This document shows, in pieces, positions 57,039 through 64,000 of a stretch of 64,000 nt of DNA. Numbering within the stretch: position 1 is the first letter of the stretch; every line of letters starts with the position of its first letter. Location of the stretch: assembly GCF_008831285.2 (NCBI RefSeq), contig NC_045138.2, forward strand, positions 24,924,001 through 24,988,000. Reading direction: 5' to 3'. The DNA is from Nymphaea colorata. Lineage: Eukaryota. The notes beneath the pieces are model-generated. The model saw nothing but the letters and a program-made list of their open reading frames with translations. It was not told the DNA's origin and made no database searches. The position numbers and the translations under genes were made by a program.

Positions 57039-58005
57039 TTACTGTCCAAGTGATGTCTCCCTCCAATTCCAATACTTTTCAATCTCCTCTGCAGTTCTGC
57101 CAGGAATCCTACCAGCAATAAGGGACCACCTGCTTAACAACGTCGCTTAGAGTAAGAATTTGAATAATTTAAAACAAAGATGAACAGAACTTCTCCAATT
57201 TCATGCAAAGCCTCCTTGTTTTTTGGGTCAGTCTTCATCTTGAGAAAGAAAAGTGAAACGTTAAGAGTAACCGACCGCAAGTCGAAGGAAGCCAAGTTTT
57301 ACCTCCGTCCAACTAAATTAAACATCCTGACAACAAGCTGCACTTCATCTTCTGAAAAATCCAGTTTGTAGTCTTGGCTGCTTCCCTCTGCAACAAAAAG
57401 CACATGTTTTTGAGTTTCAGATCAGTATAAGCTATTGAATCCTTATCCCTCTAAATCACGTCCAGGCATGAAAATTTACTGTATTAAGTATAGATTTTCC
57501 TCTAACCTATACAGCATAGCTATGAAAACCCGAACCTGGAAATTGAACTCGCTTAACGAAAGGTTTCTTCCTGAATGGCATCGTAGGTTGCGGGTACTTG
57601 TAATTCTTGTGTAACATTTTTGGAACAAGCTCTAAAACCATATCATCAAATGGTCCTCAATAGGGCTGATAGATACCAAGCCCTAACTCTTAATCTGTTC
57701 CTGCTAGTGCTACTTAGAAGCCTATGAGAAGGCAACTTCCGCTGAAAAGAACGCCACATGGGGAGTTGCTCTTCCATGAGAAATTCAAACCTCTCTCCCT
57801 TTCACAAAGAAAAGAGAGTGTTTGCAATTAATAGCCGCGCCTGATTGGCTCTTTCTCAGGAGAGTTTTTGTTTCAGCTGTCTGCAAGAGAAGGACGAAAA
57901 AGAAAATTTCGCCCCTTGAAGGTACTTGGAAGCTGAACCAACCAGCCGGCTATCTGCCATTCAACCTTACAGCCTTTGAACAAGAATATCAAGGAAATGT
58001 GATTT

Positions 58006-58052
<47 letters not shown>

Positions 58053-58105
58053 CCTTCTTGGCAGTCCATTGAGGTGCCTTGAGAAGAGTTGTCTGTACCA
58101 GACAT
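57039..58105 (-). CDS. Single-repeat R3-MYB transcription factor (CPC/TRY/ETC/MYBx-like repressor), 3 exons, 75 aa
   Basis: Exons 58105-58054, 57387-57303 and 57129-57039 (228 nt, GT-AG introns) translate as [75 protein letters not shown]. The exon layout and R3 repeat match the R3-MYB family. Confidence 0.92.
58007..58049. repeat. Compound (GT)n(GA)n microsatellite immediately after the first donor site of the R3-MYB gene
   Basis: Seen directly. Confidence 0.9.
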
Positions 58106-58208
58106 GGATCCGAACAAAGCTCAGATTATCCTAATGCTAGAAGGACCTATGGTTGGTTGTGCACTAGCAGCAAGAAGAAAGTAAGGTGAGAAGTCATGGC
58201 ACCCTAAC

Positions 58209-58331
58209 TTTATATAGCTGCAGACATTCCAAGGCAACTAATTGGGGACGACCGGTAGGTAGCCGAGGAAGAGCATCCGGGCTTTTGAAAAGTAGGTAAA
58301 GCCTTCGCCGCGGACTTTCAGCGGCAGGTAG
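58209..58331 (-). promoter_or_regulatory. R3-MYB core promoter: TATA box and clustered AC-type MYB elements
   Basis: On the minus strand, CTATATAAA at 58217-58209 lies ~105 nt upstream of the ATG. ACCTACC at 58260-58254, ACCTAC at ~58297-58292 and CTACCTGCC at ~58331-58323. Confidence 0.5.
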
Positions 58332-61219
58332 ATCTTGCAGATCTCAGTTCAGGACGTAGCACTCCTTGGATATCACACAGATGCCATTCCCTTTCTTTCC
58401 TTGTTTATTCGTTCAACATTTCACCCCCGTTTGACACAGTGAGGACATTCATTCCCTCCCACAGTGAAAAGAACGTTCTCACCGATCAAACACTAGTACC
58501 CATTTTGAATGAGTGGATGAGAATGTCTCTGAAATACTTTGCCAGAAATTTTTCATTAGGCTGCACTAGTAAAAATTTTAAATCTTTGATGGGTATCAAT
58601 GAAAAAAATTGCTTTAAGGTATCAATACAAAAATAAGTTTTTTTTTTTTGTGGTTTCATGTGGGCAATTGCCCACACTTACTTCTGCTCCTGCCTTTCAT
58701 AAGTTCTTCTTTACCTGGAAGTACCCTTTCTAACATATGACCATGAAACAGCATCGACAGTGTGTTTAAATAGGGAGTCTACAGAATCTCGAATGTTTCC
58801 CTCCACCATTAAAACATGCCGTTGGACTATCTTTGTTTACTGCAGAACTGAGATCCATGGGACGTGCTAACGTAAGAATCATTGTGGATCTCTGCAGCTC
58901 GTAGGTTCAGAATTTAAATCCACAGTTTTCCAATTCCCTGCTGCTGAAATCCCCTGTTTGTTTAAATAGTAAATGGTTTTGGTTCAACACTATCTTTCTC
59001 AATAATTTCTGGTCACATGGGCTTTTTTTTTAACAACTGTTTTTTTTTGTTATAAATATCAATATTTTCTTAATTAAATAAATCACAGTGCCTTTGAAAA
59101 CATACTTGAAATACCCCACACTTTTTAAAATGACCACTCATGCAAGAATGTCTGAAGGGCCGAACAGTAGCCTGATTTCTGACTTAGATTACTAATTTTT
59201 CTCAATTATAAAAGGGGGTCAACACGCGCCTGAGGTCTGATTATATTACTAATTCTCTCAATTATGAAACAAACAGAGTACATGTACCTTAGGGGAGAAG
59301 TGGCAGTTAAAAGGGAAAGATTAAAGGAAAACCCACCGAACCAATAGCCTGCATAAACAAGTCCGACAATTTGTCCAGGATATTAAAGTCCTGACATTAT
59401 CCCATGTGACCAATTTAGCAAGTCACTGAGTCAAATGGGCACGGCAAAGGTGGGCAGGCCCGATTCGTTGTAATATTTTATCCCACGCATGTATACAGAT
59501 CACCTTACATATCTCACATTTATTTCAGAGACAAGCCGTCGTGGGAGGAGTCAGGAAATTTTGGTTAAAAGATACTAGCTATAAAATTTAAAGATTTTTA
59601 AAGGACATCAATATGTAAATTGAAAAAATTACTCTAAAATATCGACATAAAAATAAGCTTCTGCCCCCTGCAAATGGTGCACTGCCGCTTACTTAACCCA
59701 TGCATGTGAACTGATCCTTTAACTTTTGAAGTGAGACTTGCCAAAAAACTCAAAAAAAATCTAATACAGTTGTTTAAACGGTTGTGTTTGTTTTACCACG
59801 GATTTGAAGGTCCAACTCACTCTCTTCCAATTCAACTTTAAACCCATAATATTTAACATGTAGCATGAATTTAAAATCTATGGTATCGAGTAAACTGAAG
59901 ATCTCTCAAAACATGTATTTTGCTGCAGCCTCGGATCTAAGCTATGATGCTACGAACACAACCTAAGGGAAATGCCCATATTAAAATTGGTTGAAATAGT
60001 TAAATAGGAGAATCAAAATGACTGATAGCCCTTGGTAGATCTACAAAAGAGGAACAATGATTTCTCTGACTAAATCAAACTCTAAACCAAGCAAAATCCT
60101 AAATCTACTTCGTTCGGTAACTCGACGCCCATGTTTCGCTCTCGTTGTACGCAATTGAATGCCGAAAACGCGTGCCAATGAAAACTGTGGAGTTCACAGC
60201 ACCACTCCCATATACGACCACGACATTTTTGTCATATCTTTTCTCATTAAATGTAATTTTAATAATAACGAAACAGAGAAAATAAAATACGCCAATAAAA
60301 GTTGTAAAAATGGGTAACTAGCACATTTTAATCACGTGTATATGTGTATAAGGCTAAATCACATAATTATATGTTTTGGCAACAATAATTGAAAAAAAAA
60401 ATGCAATGAACTAACAATTTGATTTTGAAAAGAGTAGCGGATGGTTGGGCGCCTAAGGTGCTTCCAAATGGGTCCAGCGGGGGCAACAGAGGCCCAGGGA
60501 CAGGTGGGTTTGACATGGGTAATACAGACCAGGTCTGGCCCAAACGTTGAGACTACTAGCCGTTAAGGTCAAGAAAGGTGTGACCGAGAACCCACCCCGA
60601 CACTTAGGGTGGAGCCAGGATTTTTTTGGCTGAGGGAAACTAATCACAAATCCGTGTTTGGTGAGAGTATCCCATGTGATTTTTGAATCATCACTGTAGG
60701 ATTATGAGTCATTTGATTGAGATTTTAGATTAGCTGGTATGAACCTCCGCTTACCAAGCTCCCCATTTCCAAATAACAAAAACGCGAGTTTCAAATTTTG
60801 CGTTCATAACGTTTAGATATATGGTAAGAGAGACTAAAAGAGGGAATGGCAGGTGAATAATCTCTCGCTCAGTTCCTTATATTATTCTGAAAAAAATGGT
60901 TATGTTATTAAGTTTTAATATTGTTCCTTGATTTTAGGAAGCGATTGCAAGGATTTGGTGACGGCAAGCTTTTTCCCATTTGATGGGGTCCTCCAAGATT
61001 TCTCGTTTTCTCCATTTGCGCCTTAATAATCGGAATAGATTATGCGGGTTGATTCTCTGTTTTTGATCGTTCCCCAGTTGCTCTTTGTGCTTAAGAAGTA
61101 TAGCTTCAGCTCCTTTGTTTCTAGTTATTACATTCTTCCTCCTGTCCTCTCATATCAAGTTTCTGTTGGAAACACTTTGGTCTCCTCTCAGTCGGCTGTA
61201 TGCAGATGTTGCTAGATCA

Positions 61220-61365
61220 GTTTTAAGACACTCGACTTGAGCACGACTGGTTTAAGTTGTCGAGTTCATTTCTTAACTTGAACTCAACCCGTTTAATAAA
61301 CAAGTCGAGTTCGAGTCAAGTTTATCAAGCGAGTTCGAGTTAGCTTGACTCGTTGAACAGCCCTA
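61220..61365. mobile_element. Truncated copy (right end only) of the CTCGAG-rich MITE family
   Basis: CGAGTTCGAGT subrepeats and the right end GAACAGCCCTA, which matches the family terminus. Confidence 0.55.
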
Positions 61366-61539
61366 GCTGCATGCAGATGTTGCTGGATCATGAAATATTT
61401 AAAACTCATCACTAAATATCATAAACCATGGTTACAAACATCATAAGCACCACAAAAGATTGTTAATGTTTTCGTCGCGTGGTAAATTCATCGACAACTT
61501 TCAAACATTTTTGTCATCCGACTCTATCTAGCAGCAGGG

Positions 61540-61543
<4 letters not shown>

Positions 61544-61583
<40 letters not shown>
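61544..61583. repeat. (TA)n microsatellite
   Basis: Seen directly. Confidence 0.95.
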
Positions 61584-61584
<1 letters not shown>

Positions 61585-61779
61585 CCACAAATATCACGAT
61601 ATTTTTGAAGATATCTAGATATTAATGAAAAATCAAATAGTCATCGATGAGAAGGAAGAGGTAGGTAGATCGACGGGATTTACGTTGTTCAGATTCTCCA
61701 AGAGCTGAACATTGAGATAAGTGCAGGGAGATGATTGTAGATTGTTAAAAAGCCTAACCAACTATGTTGTTCAATTATT

Positions 61780-62380
61780 AGGCTGAAAGCAATAATATAG
61801 TATCACTGTTAATGATAAGAGCGGTCTCATGGGAGCACATATGACAAGTACTTTATGATTAAGGTAAATTTTACAGGGGCCAATTATATATTTCAAAACC
61901 ATAACTATTGCAGACAACGACAATGAGTTGCTTCTGAAACCAGCGGGGAAGGAGGAGGTCAGAACAGTGGTGTTTGAGATGAGAGGCAATGGAACACCAG
62001 GTCCAAATGGGTTTCCTATGTTCTTATGTCAGCAACACTAAGATATTGCATGACAGCAGGAATCTAGATATATAAATTGTTCTTATTCCTAGTAAGACTC
62101 GATTAGAACGACTAAGTATCGGGCTTGTAACTTTCTGCAACTGCCTTTTCAAGATTGTTAACTCTCTTTAGCTAGTTGGCAAATTTGTGCCTCAATGGGA
62201 CCTCTCTGTGACAAGATAAGTTCAATTTTTCGAAGAAGCACATTGTTTCATCCTGGGTTTGATATAGAATGATTGGAGAGTGATGTGTATTGAAACAACT
62301 TCAATTTCAAAAAATGAAATTCAAGGGGTTTCAGAAGGTGGATTTGTATCTTCCAATTATGTTTCTCTTGGCATTAAAAC
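61780..62380 (+). mobile_element. Decayed LINE (non-LTR retrotransposon) ORF2 reverse-transcriptase fragment
   Basis: ~61952-62048 translates EEVRTVVFEMRGNGTPGPNGFPMFLCQQH*DI (compare the L1 consensus EEIKxAVFxM..KAPGPDGF...FFQxxWDI). Downstream are IVLIP, YR..LCNCLFKIV and a degraded GxxQGDPLSPxLFLL-like segment, with stops and frameshifts. Confidence 0.72.
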
Positions 62381-64000
62381 AGAGGTATGTACTGTTCTTA
62401 GAGCTTGAACGCTAACAGGGATTAGACCAAGGCACTGGCCAAATTTTGTTGTGAATAGCACCGTCCGGGTTGCAACTGCTTGGTTTTCTATCTATCACAA
62501 GGACGCTTCAGAAACAAACTTAGTTCTGGTGAGATAACTTGTTTTGACATATTTAACACCATGACTATGTACCTCCCTCTAGAGACAGAAATGTTAAAAT
62601 TGTATAGAAGGGCATACCCAACAAGAAAAATTGTGGTTCTATCTCGTGGCTGCATATTGTTCTACTTTGGAGCTCGAGGAACACTTGACACCTATGAAAA
62701 AGTGCAGGTTAGGGTGTCTTCTATGTTTATCTGCTATTGTTTCCTATACTGCTTTGAATACATACAGGGGACCTCCCCAGAAGATCTATTAATGGTGATT
62801 CATGAGAGCAAAAGATATCCAAAGAAGGACCTAACAAGGGTCAAAATAAGGCAAGCAATTGTGCAACTTGTGACTGTGACCTCCATTCTGTTCTCACCAG
62901 AGCTGCAAGAATTCAATTAAGATAGAATATACAACATCTCCGGGACCTCTTTCATCTTCTATTCAAGCATATTGAGAGTGAATGCTTCTTGACAAATCAA
63001 CAAGCAGCATTAAACATCAGTCCCACTCATATATATATATATATATCACAGAAGTCTACCGATTCACCAAAATCAGTCAAAAAACCACAAACTGAACCGA
63101 CTCTATAGAATCCATAAAAATAACGTTCTTATCATAAACAGAATCCAAATTCAATAGAACAGACAGATCTATTTTATCTGGTTTAATTTTGGTCCATTTT
63201 TCCGCTGTGTAGACCAACGAATGCCGGAGAGTTAATACCAGTGATAAGTTCCACGATCAACCTATTTGGAGTTCCTCATCAGTTCTTCTGTCAAGATAAC
63301 TAAAACGATTCTGATTATCAGAAAGCCATTTTCTAGCTTTAACTTCTTAGTTTATCAGAGAAGACACTACTGGACTCTTCCAAAACAACCAGTACAATTA
63401 GAATAATAGATTTTTCCTGCTCAATTACGAAATATACCATGAACTCCAACTCAAACATAATTTGTCAACGGGTGACGTGTTGAGTAAATAAAATAACAGA
63501 AGAGGAAAAGGAAAATGGGTCGAGGAGAGATGAACCAATGGCACCGGATCTTCATGGTTCGGCCCACAAACTTGCATTCTTTGGAAACAAAAAAAAAAAA
63601 AAAAAGGTCATCCAGCTATTTTTCTCATTTTCGTTTAACCATTGATACAAGTTAAGACTCCAAGACTACATGAGGATTTTAATTGAAAATTTTCACTTGC
63701 TTTCTCCTTTCGCCGTAAATGCTATTAAAAAGAAAACGCAGTCAAATGTCTCGTTCAGTCTCGATTCGGTTCATTTTTGAATACCTCATAAAGATGCGGG
63801 GCTACTGCTGCGGGCTTAGATTTGCTGTTAGAAGCGAGAACGATACACCAATTTTCTGAGATAAATACAAGTATACTTCGTAACGTATGACCGAAAGTTA
63901 AGAACAATTTCATCCTTTCAAAGACTCCCGAATGTCAAAATCAAGATCTCTATGAACAGAAAAGACGTCAGACAAACTAATGCAGTCATCTCTAGATATC

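Overview
Eukaryotic (flowering-plant) nuclear DNA, AT-rich with GT-AG spliceosomal introns, microsatellites and many short non-autonomous DNA transposons. Seven protein-coding genes can be reconstructed by hand. On the + strand: an 8-exon calcium-dependent protein kinase (4486-8791) and a single-exon FAR1/FHY3 DNA-binding domain fused in frame to a class II small heat-shock protein (12118-13044). On the - strand: a P-class PPR protein (16659-18581), an 18-exon GUP1/HHAT-like MBOAT acyltransferase (23631-33019), a class III peroxidase of the PRXR1/PER42 type (35206-36856), the plant tRNA wybutosine TYW3-Kelch-TYW2 multidomain enzyme (42907-53219) and a 3-exon R3-MYB repressor missed by the ORF track (57039-58105). 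Also present are a probable decayed CCCH zinc-finger gene (~20.7-22.2 kb), LINE remnants, hAT-like and Tourist-like MITEs, and local duplications. The standout is the FAR1-sHSP chimera, a possible DNA-binding chaperone or stress-coupled transcription regulator. All family calls come from motif recognition by eye and memory; no database searches were run.
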